Shown: positions 23,280 through 36,499, counted from the first letter of the stretch. The stretch: DNA of 64,000 nucleotides from Negaprion brevirostris (GCA_030324005.1 JARDVH010000179.1:5794776-5858775); one strand, 5' to 3'. A program made the numbers and translations. The notes: generated by a model not told the origin, from the letters alone.

Positions 23280-24108
23280 ACTTGGTGGCACAGTGGACAG
23301 TGAAGAAGGTTATCTAGGATTGCAACAGACTCTTGATCAATTGGTCAGTGGGCTGATGAATNNNNNNNNNNNNNNNNNNNNNNNNNNNNNNNNNNNNNNN
23401 NNNNNNNNNNNNNNNNNNNNNNNNNNNNNNNNNNNNNNNNNNNNNNNNNNNNNNNNNNGGTTCATAGCTCCTTGAAAGTGGTGTCACAGGTGAACAGGCT
23501 GGTAAAAAAGACATTCGGCATGCTTGGTTTCATTAGTCAGAATATTGAATACAGGAGTTGGAATGTCTTGTTGAAGCTGTACAAGACACTTGAAATACTG
23601 TGTGCAATTCTGGTCCCCTATTATAGATAGGGTATTATTAAACTACAAAGAGTGCAGAAAAGATTTACTAGGATGCTACCAGGACTTGATGGTTTGAGTT
23701 AAGGAGAGGCTGGATAGACTGAGACTTTTATTCTCTGGGGCATAGGAGGCTGAGGGGTGATTTTATGGAGGTCTATAAAATAATGAGGGGCATAGAATTG
23801 TAGATAGTCAACATCTTTTCCTAAAGGTAGGGGTATCTAAAACTAGAGGGCATAGGTTCAAGGTGAGAGATACAAAGGGAGTCCAGAGGGGCAATTTTTT
23901 CCAGAAGGTGGCCAGTGTCTGGAGTGAGCTGCCAGAGGTGAGTACAATTCTCTCTTTACAACAGCATTTAGATGGTTATAATGGTAAGATGGGTATAGAG
24001 GGATATGGGCCAAACTTGGGCAATTGTGACTAGCTAATGGTAAAAACTGGGCAGCATGGACAAGTTGAGTCAAAAGGCCTGCTTGCACGTTGCAAACCTC
24101 TGACTCTA
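23280..24108 (+). mobile_element. CR1-type LINE 3' region (decayed ORF2 C-terminus plus tail)
   Basis: gaaatactgtgtgcaattctggtcccc (EYCVQFWSP), gagtgcagaaaagatttactaggatg (RVQKRFTRM) CR1 motifs. Confidence 0.88.
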
Positions 24109-24795
24109 AGAGTTATCTATCTTTTCAGCCAAATTTGTAGAAAGTTTCCACCGAATTACTGGAATGTTTACCAACAGCATTTTCCAACATTAGCAATCTT
24201 GTCTCAATGTCACATTCCTACCAGTACATTTTCTTTATAAATATAATACACATTTTTGTAGTGCTATACCTAATATGTTAGATGGAAAGTGCTTGAAATC
24301 GGAGTTTAAATTATCACCTCAGATAACAAATAATGGAGCATTAATTCTAGACGGGGGAAGAGCACGAGGAAGTTCTCCACACTCAAAGTGATCACAACTT
24401 GGCTTGGACTGCTTGGTAGGAATGAAGATACTAGACAGCAGTAAGCAGATGGACTTGGAGGTGGCCCAGAGAGGGGTCTTGGGAGCCAACTATATTCATT
24501 TTTGTCTTGTATTTTGACCTTTATCTGCAATGCTATTGGACCTGCTTTAGAATAAAATGCAGTGGGAAATAGAATATGCAATGGAGTTTTTCATCTTATT
24601 ACTTTTTGATCAGAGACTCAGTTTCAAATTACCTGCATTTTGGATGCATCAACAACTTACCTGTCTAGCTGGTCACCTGAGGTACATCACATTGCTTAAA
24701 GGTTTGTCATACATTTTTGATCCAAGGCCCTAAACAGACCCAGACAGCATATAACTCAACCCAGCAAGCAAGCACATTCTTGTTTGTAAACGTGT

Positions 24796-24801
24796 TTTAT
24801 T
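24796..24801 (-). terminator. Candidate intronic polyadenylation signal (AATAAA) of a short BRD4 isoform
   Basis: Minus strand ...tttttactttgtatagttttctacttttcatcagttctcaAATAAAacacgtttacaaacaagaatgtgcttgcttgctgggttg: U-rich/UGUA upstream, GU-rich downstream; inference only. Confidence 0.5.
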
Positions 24802-27800
24802 TGAGAACTGATGAAAAGTAGAAAACTATACAAAGTAAAAAAAATACATATATAATTTAACCCGAAATATAGAAAGTCAACATGCATCGGATACATATTA
24901 AACTAGAAAAGTAGAAAGAGTAAAAAATATATTTTTATATATACTACAAAAGCTGCATTTCTGGTAAAAATCAATATCCAGTTAATAAATGTGTCGGGGG
25001 GGCGGCGGTGAGGAAGAGTTATAATGGTGAAAATAGCTAATGAAAGATGGCAGTTTGAAGAGATTTTGCCGACTTCATTTAGCCACAATCCCCTTTATAT
25101 CCAAGGGGGAGTGTCCGTGAAAGAACTTCGGCCGTCTGTGAATGGCTACAACTAGGGATTGCACAGTTAGGAAATCTCCAAGAATGCCTCCACTTAAAAT
25201 GTTTGTTCTGGTGATCGACGTAATTAAGTTTAATTGCAAGCCGAATAAAGACACTATATCCTAACACTTCAAAGCATTTGCAAATTCAGTCTTGGAAAGG
25301 TTGGTTATGAAGTCACTCTGTCTCAAAACTGATACAGACACAGCTGGGGAACTGTCAGATATCTCTGGAGATCACCTAAAAGAGTCCCAAATCCCAAGCA
25401 GAGAATCAGACCAGTTTTACAGCCGAACACAAATACCGTACTCATTTAAGATTGACCGAAGTGACTTGGAAAGTGTTTACCCAAGAATAAAATTGCTCAA
25501 GACTTGTTGCCATGTTGCGTGTCCCATGGTGTAATGTTACTGCATTTCCTACTCATCAACAGTTGACACCAGTCACACAGCAAGATTACAAATGGAAGAA
25601 TCAGGATCTTTAGGCTGATACTACCCATTTGTATACCTACAAAGAAACAACCTTAGCATCTGGCTGATGGTGGAATAAATCCAGGCCACACAGACTGTAA
25701 GCATCCTTTTACTTTCCTAGTTTGCCAAATAAGTTAGGCCAAGCTACACCATTAGATCATAGAAACTAGGTCTGACCAATGGACAAGAGGATAGAGATCG
25801 TTAACAGCAACATATCTCGAGCCACACAGTTTAACCAACATTCTTCTGCTGCATAAGCGAAGCTAAGCTAACTGAAACAAAAAGTCAAACCTCTGATGCC
25901 CACTCGCAGCATCAATATTCACCATTCAGAACGTAGCACATGCCAGATAAAATAAAGCCAATTCTATTATGCTCCAGCCTCATAGCAGCATCCTTTTCCA
26001 TTGTACTGGTATGATCATGTGGCCATATTTATTGTATCAAATATTCCTGTGATCTCTAACAGAAACTGCAAGTTGAGGCACACGAGTAGTTTTGTGCTGC
26101 AAATTTGTTTCCATTAAGAACAGGGTTGAAATTTCTGAAAATTATTCACAGAGGATTCTTACAGCTGACAGAGAGTTGCTTCCATCCATCAGTTCAAGCA
26201 AGTTTTAAGCTCAGGTTCCCAGAGGTAAAAAGAATAGTTTTCAGCATGCTGTCTCGTGCCAATTTTGACCATGCCATGAATATCAGCATAACTAACCAGA
26301 CAGACTTTGCAACTAAACACCCATTACTAATACTAATGGTGGAAGATCCAGCAACATCAAAGTCCCTTGATCAAATATGCTTTCGACCTCTTACAAACGA
26401 ACAGATAATCACACCACTTGTGAAAATGTCAAACAACCCATTAATCTATTGCACATTGTTTTTTTCTTTCTTCCCAAGAGTACAATATCAAGAAACGAAT
26501 GGGCATTGGTCAACGAACAGCAATCTCCAAACTGCCAGAAGCTTGAAAAGCCGCCAAGTGGCAGCCATACTGAATAACTTCTGCCTCAAGTGCTCTGGAT
26601 GGAGCGCATATCACGGATATGATGCAATGCCAAAAAAAAATCTTCTAATTTAACAATTTTTCACTTTAATGAATGCACGTTCTAACACGAATACAACATA
26701 TATCTCAATTAAGCTGCAGGTAGAGCAGGCCACAGACTAAGCAACTCGGAGGAAAATCAGACATGCGATAAACAGGATAAGGTGTTTTAAGCTCCAGTTG
26801 TCATACAGCTGTTTTTACCAGAAATACAGCTTTCCGCCTCATTTTAATAACTGCCAAACACTACGTGTAGACATTAACTAGGGTTCTCTCTTGCATGCAA
26901 TGCGTATAAAAACAGCTAGTCCTTGCGACCCCAAAGTCAAAAATAAAATACAAAATGTTTTAAAAGCAAAAAAAGATTTCCCCCCACAATTACAAAACAT
27001 GCAAAGTCAAAATAAATAAGATATACAATTGCATACAAAAAACAACAGTTTTGGAACACTGAATTGTTTCATCACAATAAAATTGGTATACATAGTCCAG
27101 TTTCTTTTCCAAAAAAAATCACAAATTTCATCTTTTAGCTTACAAAAATTTTCGAAAGGAAAAAAGTAGCCAACGAGTGCTAAGGTTTTGACTGAGGGGC
27201 CAGCTATGCCATTCTAAAAACAGAAGTAAAAGCTCCTGCTCTGATCAGGTTTAAAAAGGGATTGTTTAAAAAAAAACAAACCTTGCTGCTTATACTTGTC
27301 CTGTCTACCTGAAGTTAGGTCTGTCTAAATGAATGCATCATTTCAAAGCCACACAATCTAGATTTCAGCAGAAGTGCAATGAATTTTGAAACATGTTCCA
27401 AATCAACTCCAAAAAGGATTTCAATTCAATATTCTCAAACTCTTGAACTTTGCTCTGAGAACAGAACAGCGATGCACCTATTCCCGAACTCGCACCAATT
27501 CTGAACCAATCTATACTGGAAACAGCACCAATCCCTATTTCGCACAAATCCAGATCCTAAACTCAAATCTACACCAATCAGGATACAAAAAAAATTGCAC
27601 ACCACCAATCCAGATCTAAAAATGTTGACACTGCACTTTTCAAATCGACAGCAATCCGGATGCAATCAAAGATTTATTCATTTACCTCTGAAGACATGAG
27701 TTACAAACTACAGATGCGAACAGTAGATCTGACCAAAGTTTGTTTAGTAACAACTTCTCCATAGTCTTCCTCCCCATACTCTCACATGGATCTAGCCCCA

Positions 27801-30800
27801 CAGTCAAAAGCACCATCAGCGTAAGCAAAACAGCAATGAACCTAACCGTTGTTTTTGCCCCCAACAAAAAATACGGGCAGCAGTTCTTAAAATCTGCAAT
27901 TTATTTAAATTGATGCATCATTTTTTTCTTAAAGACAGGAGTCTGATTGATGCATTAGTTAAAATCGTACCATATCATGCAAGTCATACAAATTGTGGGC
28001 TAATAAGGCACTTTTTAAAAAAATGTTTAGGCACACCAAAATCCAAAGGATTGGATAGGATAAACAATAACATCAGATTCACTACAAAAATATCAGTGAA
28101 TGCAAAAACATCGCCAAACCATAGTAATATAAAAATTTAGTAATTCAAAAATCAGATAAGGATAAGGTAGGGTGGGTTCTATTTTAACAATGCAATGAAG
28201 GTAAACTCTAATCAGAGTCCAGACGAACAGAAGCAACCAGACCAGAAAGAACTTGAGCATGCTAGCTATTTTGTCAGCAGAAGCAACTTGGAATTTGACC
28301 TAGTTGATCTTGCCTTCCAGAGAGACTATCAAAAGACTAGGCCCCGATTTAATTCAATTAAATTATATTTTTCTGCAACACTCTATCAAGTATCCTTTAT
28401 TCCAAATCAGATTGGGACTCGTAACTATAGAAGCTGTGGGTCTCCCAACCAAAACCACAAAAAAGAAAATGTGGAGGTTCGGGTTTGGGTGAGAAAGTAG
28501 TTCCTGTGCCATTTTAATCAAGGTTAGGATAGTAAAGTGCTGTACACACCAGTTAATAGGAGAATCACAGAATTTATCATCAACTTTTCTCAACAAAGCA
28601 TAATGAAGATCGAAAAATTTGTACATAGCTACACTACAAAGCACTCCTTCCCCCAGCGAGAATTCCGATGCACAGTAATGCCAGATTGGTTACACACAGC
28701 ATTTTGAATTGATGAACAATGATGAAGTTGTGGATAAAGCCCTACAACTGGTGGCAATAGTGGTAGGGACAATGAAGCATCAGATGTTGATTCCATATTA
28801 AAGCAAATTGTCTTAAATACAACAGACTATCACTGCAATATAGATAAGTTTTCTCTAAATCACTCATCCCTGTGGTATTCAAGCCACTTGTGCCCAATCA
28901 TGCATATTTCATCTTTTGAAGATGGTCAACAGTGAGAGCAACACCAATAATTGCAGGAGAAAAATACAGGGAAAGGACTGTTACATGATAGCATTTTTGA
29001 TCAAACAGGTTCAACTGCACCTTACCACTAACAGAATTGATCTGGAGACCAAAAGGCCAAGCACTCCTCATCCCAATTTAAATTCTTAACTAAGGCCTTC
29101 TTTTCAGAGTTCAGTGGGATTTGTCAGAAGGACCAATTCTAAGCTCACTACTACCTCATATACATTCACAAACTTCAATGAGAAATCAACAGCTGAAAAT
29201 ATTACACAAACTTCTGGGACGACTACAAGTGATAACTGAAGTTCTAAAAACTTTTAATCCTATCTTATTCCATATCTTGCTGTTCCAGCTCCTGTGATCT
29301 GATATCCAGCTACGAAATAATTCAGCCTGAAGTACACACGTGGTCTGGGATCCTGGAACTATTCTGTATGTCACACTTGTTAGGAGTTAAAAGCTACACG
29401 AGTAAAACATCTGCCAGTTGGCGAACCAGACAGTGAGTCAGATAGTGACATCTTAATATAATGTACACTGTTTATGCATGTCTGATTTGGTTGCACTAAC
29501 CATCGAAGATGGGAAAGTTCCAAAGTTTGATATTTGATTTGTGATGAAGGAGTTCATTTCTACCACAGCAACTGTTAACATTTCATCTGGAATGCTACCA
29601 CTGACGGCTGGAAATTGAACGAAGGTTTGTGTACGAATGGGGAGTTTTCAGCCATATCACCCTCAATAGTCAAATTCGTTTCTAAGATCACATGAAAACT
29701 GCTCACTTGAGTGATATACCAGAGTGTTGCTGTCACAAGAAACTGTATACCATGGGTTAATAGCCATAATGGCTGTAGATCTTTAAAAAGTTCATAATAA
29801 TGTATACTTAGCTGGGATAGTGTATACAGTATGTGTCTCTATGCCTGGTATGTACAGGGAAAATTTTGTACTTAAGATCTGAATTAAACAACTTTTGAAC
29901 TAATGTTTGAAAGCTTTATCCATAGTTTGTTCAAGTTAATAGAACATAAAACTTGGGAGAATGCCCTGGCAAAGTATGTTTCTCCAACACAACACACAGC
30001 ACAGTCTTACATAAGCCTACACAGAGACGATGATAAACTGCTAAGTTTCAAGTGGCGTCCAACTGAAATTACTCCAATTTTGATTTTTTTTTTTAGAAAA
30101 GAAATGTTTAGACAAGATAGCAGTAGATCTAATCAAAATGTTGGCTAATACAGATGGACTAATGGCCATCTTGCAAAGCTGACAGCAACACATTCTTTTC
30201 TGGGATGGCTATCCCATACTTCAAAGATCCCAAGATTTGAAATTGAATTTTTATTTGGTGCTTTTACTAAAGCAGGTGAGCTATCCAGGTAATCTTGAGT
30301 CCAGGAAGTTTTCAGGCCTTTTGGGCTGTTATGTACAGTTCACACAACCTCAATCTCCAAACATGCCCAGCCCCAATGTACAAAGATCGCAGCTGTTTTT
30401 TGTTATTTCACCGCCATGAGAATCACAACATGTAGTATTCAGCTGGCTGACCTCTCAGTTCCAAACTCGGCACTCTGTGGCTATTACACAAGTTAATCTA
30501 TAGAAAAGTACAACTTACAACTAAAAAAAAAATTCACTCATTTGAAAGACAGCATTTGTGTATGAAATCACAGCATCCAAAGGCTATACATATCGTAACG
30601 CATTTGCGATAATGGAGTGCATAATACAAAAATAAAATTGTCAACAGATATCTTGGGTGTATTAAATACATACAGCAAGAGCCCCTTAGAACAGTTCTGT
30701 TACCAAATCTTATTCACTAACTAGTGTATATAATGAAATTCACCTACTGTAAACTGAAGCTCCAGTTTATACGTTGCTAAGAAATCCATTGTCCAATTTT

Positions 30801-32314
30801 TCATCCAACATTATATAAATAATTAACAGATGACAGCTTCTCTCGGTGGAATGACATACAATCTTTTTAAGGGCATTTGGGAGGTAAGTGCTCCCTGGAT
30901 CTACATTGAAAAGTTCTAACATTTGAAATGTCCCAAAGCTGTAAAGCAAGCATAAACGAAACTTGACCACAATAACCTACATGGTAGACCAGTTCAAAAT
31001 GTTGGGTTTCAAATTGTGAAGTATTCTCCCATGGTCAATGTAAGTACAGAATGCAGGATAGGGAAGAATTACAAGCCTGTGCTTCAGTCAAGGGACTCAG
31101 AGTACAGCTCCCGAGTCAAAGGACGTAGACCGAATTATAGCTTTTGCAGTAAAAACTGTTATAGGATACAAGGTAAGAGAGATGATCACTGGGTCTTACA
31201 GAATGGCTCTTTGTCAAAATGTTGCACAATGGCTCTTTGTTATGGGTGATGAGAGTTGGTTAAGAAGGTCCAACATTGTCACAGATGCACAACAGGTATT
31301 TTCTGAAGATGATTAGGTGCACATATCTCGGTAGGACATTACATGATTGCAATTTTGTAGACTGTCACCAATCCATGTTAAATTGCACAAGTCTGAGTTC
31401 CAGCCTTGCAACTAGTTAAGTAGGGAGCATTTTCTACAAAACCAAGAATAATTTTACAAATTACATAGCTTACTTGCTATTCTTGTGGTAGCTTCGTTGA
31501 GTCAATGGCCGTGAGGGTGAAGTGATAGAACGCAGGACCTAGATAATTCCTGCCAATTGTGGCAGTTGAGGGATTTATCACAAGAACTGTAGCCCACCAC
31601 ACTTTTTTCCTCCTTTTGCTGTGTTTTTACTGTTTATAGAAACTATATTTAAAAAACACACATGTATCTTATTGCGCAAGAGTCCACAGTGCACAAGGAA
31701 TTGGGGAATATCTTGAACCTGCCCCAGTGACCATAGAATGTATTTTGTTCGCACCAACCATGTGGAACACTACACGGACTGCGCACAGGCGTACACCATG
31801 TTTTGTAAAGTGCATTCCGTGTGTTCTGACCAGAAATCCTTCATAAATTTTAGATAGGTGAAGCAAATTTCATTTGCCGGCAGTCAAGCGTTGATCTTTC
31901 GTAAGATGAGAGGTAGAAAAAAAAACATAATCCTGTTTTTTTCCAAGAAGAATTTTTTACAAATCTCTGTTGAAGCTGCCTTATAACTTAAGTGCAATTC
32001 AAGCTCTTTATGGCTTTCCATGGTCATTAATGTCAGCATTATTGCACTTTTTTTTCTCTATGCAGCTTTAACAGACTAATCGCTAAATTTCTTCCAGACA
32101 TGTTGATCTTTTAACACAAGAGACTATTGGCAAAGAGCTCCAACTCCATTAATCGGACAAACTGTATGTATTGCAGCTGTATTTAGAAGTCACTGGTTGT
32201 CGCTTGGAAACTATCGTGGGTGGTGAATGGAGAGTAGGTGGGGGCAGAGGGGAAATGGACACCACCAGCGCCAGGCTAGCAACAGGCTCAATTACTGAAA
32301 GAATTGACGCTAAC

Positions 32315-32437
32315 CTGTTTCAGAGTCGTTGCTCTCAGAGGAGCTGGAGTCACTGCTACTGTCTGACTCAGAAGAGCTGCTGCTGCTTCTCATCCTTGAG
32401 GGGCCTCCCACATCCATGCTTATGTCATGCTTCTCAG
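32315..32437 (-). CDS. brd4: BRD4 coding exon: SEED/CPS serine-rich tail (AEKHDISMDVGGPSRMRSSSSSSES...NDSET)
   Basis: ttttgtgcag|CT acceptor, GAAACAG|gttag donor, 123 nt phase 1-1; equivalent to human AEKVDV...SEDSET exon; read-through gives G-stop (TAG 32312-32310). Confidence 0.95.
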
Positions 32438-33249
32438 CTGCACAAAAAGAATTATCATATAAGTAAATAGACAGCATAATCCATTCAAGTTCAATAAAAG
32501 ATACTGCAGCTAAACATCCTTCATACAAGCTCTTTTTAAGTGCAATCATCAACTTAGGGCTTCGTTGGTGCTTATCAAAATTTTCTTAACTGCTTATTCT
32601 TGGAACAATCACTGCATATTATAGCTTATACACACAGTACATATAAAGGCTATATTTTTAAAATGGACATTTTATTGTAAAGTCAAGTTCTTTACTTGGT
32701 AACTTTATGCCTCATTAATTTAGAAAAAAATCAACACCCAAATTTAAGTTCACCTGCTTAGGAGTACTTTTTAACTCTCGAATAAATGTTAAATCACTAT
32801 TTATTGCATAATATATTATACTCCATACAACACCATCTCTCACGTGTTTAGAACTCAGTGTATGGTACTTGAAGTCTGCACTGCACCACCTCATTGTGCA
32901 TTCCAAGTAACCTGCACCAGGCAACTCCTGTTTCAAAAAAAACAAGCAAACTAGCAATTTCCTCAGTCCAGATGAAATTACAAAACTCCTAGTAGAATGT
33001 TTGACCCAATTAATATTTTCTCTTTTGTAAACTTTACACAGACTGGAAACGAACAATAAGGACACTAGAAGAGATGCAACACCACATATAATAGGAAAAA
33101 CTTTTTAATCTAATCACAAGATATGCACATAACCTAAAATGTCAAACAGGGTTGTCCTTTGTTGATTCTTCCCTTAGCTGCCCTGTCCCAGGCTAATAAT
33201 ACTTGAGGCTTATCTGTAGGTGAAGGATAGCAAAGAATCTTTCTCAAAA

Positions 33250-33670
33250 AAAAATGGCATTTATATTGCACCTTTCACCACTGCAGGAGGTCCCAAAACA
33301 CTCTACAGCCAATAATCACTGTTGTAATGCTAGAAAGGTGGCAATCTAATTTGCATGACGAGTGCTCCTATTAAATGGCCAGATAATCTGTTTTAAGATG
33401 TTGATTCAGGGATAAATATTGGCCAGCATTCCATGCGCATTTCTTGCTCTTATTTGAAATCATACATGTGGTCTGTAATATTCATCTGGAGGGGCAAACA
33501 GGGCTCAATAGTTCAATGTCTCATCTGAATAATGGATCCTCAGACAGTGCAGAACGCCACAGTACTGCACAGTAGAATCAGCCTTGATTTTTGTGCTCAG
33601 TTCCTTCAGTGGGACTTGAACCCACAACTTTCTGACTCAAGAAGCGAGAGTGCTACCTGAGCCATGGCTG
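33250..33670 (-). mobile_element. Deu-type SINE, near full length
   Basis: gggacttgaacccacaactttctgactc head; matches 21188-21620. Confidence 0.78.
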
Positions 33671-34779
33671 AGAGTTCAAAGGCCACCTTAGTATGCGGAT
33701 TTTAAGTTAATTTAAAATCAGAAGACAGATTGAATAATTACACAAAAATGAATGATTTAGGCAAAGTTTCAGATTCCTGATGGAATGGTCCTCAAAGCAT
33801 TCACTCAGACAAAAGGGGTAGAAGTACTTTGCTCTTTAACACTTGCTCACAGGTTGGTGGGAGGGAGTAAGACACCTGCTCCTACTAAAGAGTAACAAAA
33901 AAAACTTAACAGAAGGAGGCTCAACCAGTTTGACCAAATGGCCTATTTTTATGCTATTTAATATGTGGAATTCTACATATTGTTTTAAAGTTTGAATTTC
34001 AAGAGAGGCTTGAAGTATTGTCTTCAATGCTTCAACATGACAGTATGTTCAACTGAGGCGATACCTCATGGACATATTAAGTTGACGTAAGCCACGGATT
34101 TGGGCTGAGTGTATTGGAGCCCAGCCAGCAGTGAGGAGTACCCTTCCGTTGTTGATCTAAAACAGCCAAATCTTAAATAATGTGGTATCAGCAACTGAAG
34201 CAATGCTGATTCATCCCACTGTGATAATAAATATATAAGTCCCTAGATTTTCCTCAACCATTTAGGCATTCAATTGATGACTCCAATATGTTTACCTGGT
34301 AAAGAATTAAAGTTGAGGTAAGTACAGACTTCAGCCCCTTTACACATTCCATATTCCAATGTTACTTTATCAAGTTCACGTTGATGAAAAAAACAACTTG
34401 CATAGCTCATCCAATAAAAATATTTGATATTGCCACGATCGTCTGTCATATCGACTGTTGGGAACAAGACATGACTGACACCATTTTATACTGCACAGCT
34501 CTTGCTTAGAAGTAATTACTATCACTGACTTTCCAGTTTGAGATAAAAATTTCAATTTCTTTGCATTGTAAATCATTAAAGATTTACACCTCCCTAATGG
34601 AGATGACAGGTAGCTGAGACCAAGGTCACAGGACTGATCTTGTTTGTGTAGTTATTTGATCTCAATCATAAGACCATCAGGTAGTTGTTACACTTGGCCT
34701 TAATGTTCCTGGCTTGGCTAGGGGCTTCAGGAGAGTGACCACGTCTCCCACACAAGATCACTATTTAGCACAATGGGCA

Positions 34780-35075
34780 GTTTACTTGTTATTCAGAGGA
34801 ATTTGGGTTTTCTTGCACATGAATCACAAAATTAATATGCAGTTACAAGCAACTACGGCAAAAGGGATGTTAGACATTATTGCAAGGGGGTTAAGAGCAA
34901 GGACATTTTACTGCAATTATGAAAGGCTGTGATGAAACCACACAGTATTGTGCAGTTTTGTCTCTTTTCCTAAGAATACACTTGCCTCAAAGGGGATGCA
35001 GCAAAGGTTCACTACATTAGCCCCATCATGCAGAAACTATCTTATGAGGGTACATTAAGTAGAATAGGCTTATGT
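34780..35075 (+). mobile_element. CR1-type LINE fragment
   Basis: agtattgtgcagttttgtctc..gcagcaaaggttcact motifs. Confidence 0.6.
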
Positions 35076-36169
35076 TGAATGTATACAGTGAAAGTTACAT
35101 TATCACAATTGTATTGAAGCATCTCAAGGGTGCAAGTTTATCTATGCAGACAATTTAAATACTTTTGACACCATTGGTGATGACCATTTTAAACTAATTG
35201 TCTAATGCTTGACGGCATTGAAGCACCTCAATGTAACATGTACGTAGAAAACCTGAATATTATTGCACTGTGTTTGGTGCCACTTTGAAATGCTCTTTCA
35301 CATACTTTTGCAAAAAATGTTGACTGTAGTGAAGAATAACAGATGATTTCATTGAAATGTAAAAAACTTGGACTCAACTGGAGATGCCAACTGGCTGTTC
35401 TCCTTGACAGAAGTCCTGGTCTAGAGGTCACCCATTTAGGATTGAGACGAAGAGAAAGTTCTTCACATAGAGTTCTAAAGCTTTGGAATTCTCTAAGGCT
35501 TGCATATAATTTTTTGTTCAAATCTTATGAAGCTGCTTTCTCCCTGCAATGGTTGTTAATAGTGAAGTTAAAAACAGCCGAATGCAGGGAGAAGCCAGCA
35601 TGGACAAGGTGGAAACTGCAAGGAAGTAAGGCCTCAATGGTCCAGGTCAGGGCAAAAGTGAAGAAGAAAGCAGGTGGCGGAGCACAGTGGCCAGAGGACG
35701 GAGTGAGAGACCCGGGGTGGGGGGGCGTGGTGGTGGTGGAGGAAAGGGAGTTGACCTCTTATGGTTTATATTCTGAATATTTCTTTTCCTACCCTATCCT
35801 GGTACTCTTAGCACGAGACAGACAATTAAATCAATTTTAAAAAATAATAAATAATAAAAGGGGAGGGAGAGAGAGAAAAAAGGGGGGTGTGGGAGAGAAA
35901 GTGGGGAAAGAGAAAAAGAGAGATGGGGGGAGTGAAGAGAGAGGGGGAGACAGACAGACACTGGTGAAAGTGTGTACACAAGAGGTGTGATATTGAGCAC
36001 GTAAGCTTGCTCGTGGAAAAGGCGCGGAGAAGTGTGTGCATGTGTGATTCAGAGAAAACTGCAGCTCTNNNNNNNNNNGAACAGTAAACAGATGCGACAG
36101 TAGCATCGCTCCTCTCATTAAAATGACAAAAAGGGCAAGACTTGAGTACTTTGTTGAATAAGAAAACTT

Positions 36170-36227
36170 ATTTATATATATATACATATATACATACATA
36201 CACACACACACACATACATATATATAA
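36170..36227. repeat. Compound (AT)n/(ACAT)n/(AC)n microsatellite
   Basis: Directly visible. Confidence 0.9.
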
Positions 36228-36499
36228 AATACTTTTATAAATTTGTTTTTATAGAGGTTTAGCTTCAATGTAGTAAGAATGTTTCTCAGGGGTTCTGTCA
36301 ATTCCATGGTCTGAAAAGTTTGAGAACTCCTTGCCTATGGATGCTCAGTGACTTAAATATACACAAAACAGAGGTTGGGAGAGAATCCACAGAAATGGGG
36401 ATCGAGTGGCAAAATGGATTTGAAATAGAAGGTGATCTTATTGAATGGTGCAGAGGATTGAGGGGCTGTATGGCCTATTCTTGCTCCTATTGTGTTGTT

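Noticed and set aside
26105-26653. 182-aa plus-strand ORF antisense to the putative 3'UTR
   Set aside because: TTG start, no homology I recognise
27470-27670. Repeat-spacer look resembling a CRISPR array
   Set aside because: Repeats only 5-8 nt, irregular spacing, vertebrate intron, no cas genes
29849-30337. Two Pumilio elements (UGUACAUA) on the sense strand
   Set aside because: About one is expected by chance in 7.5 kb of AT-rich sequence
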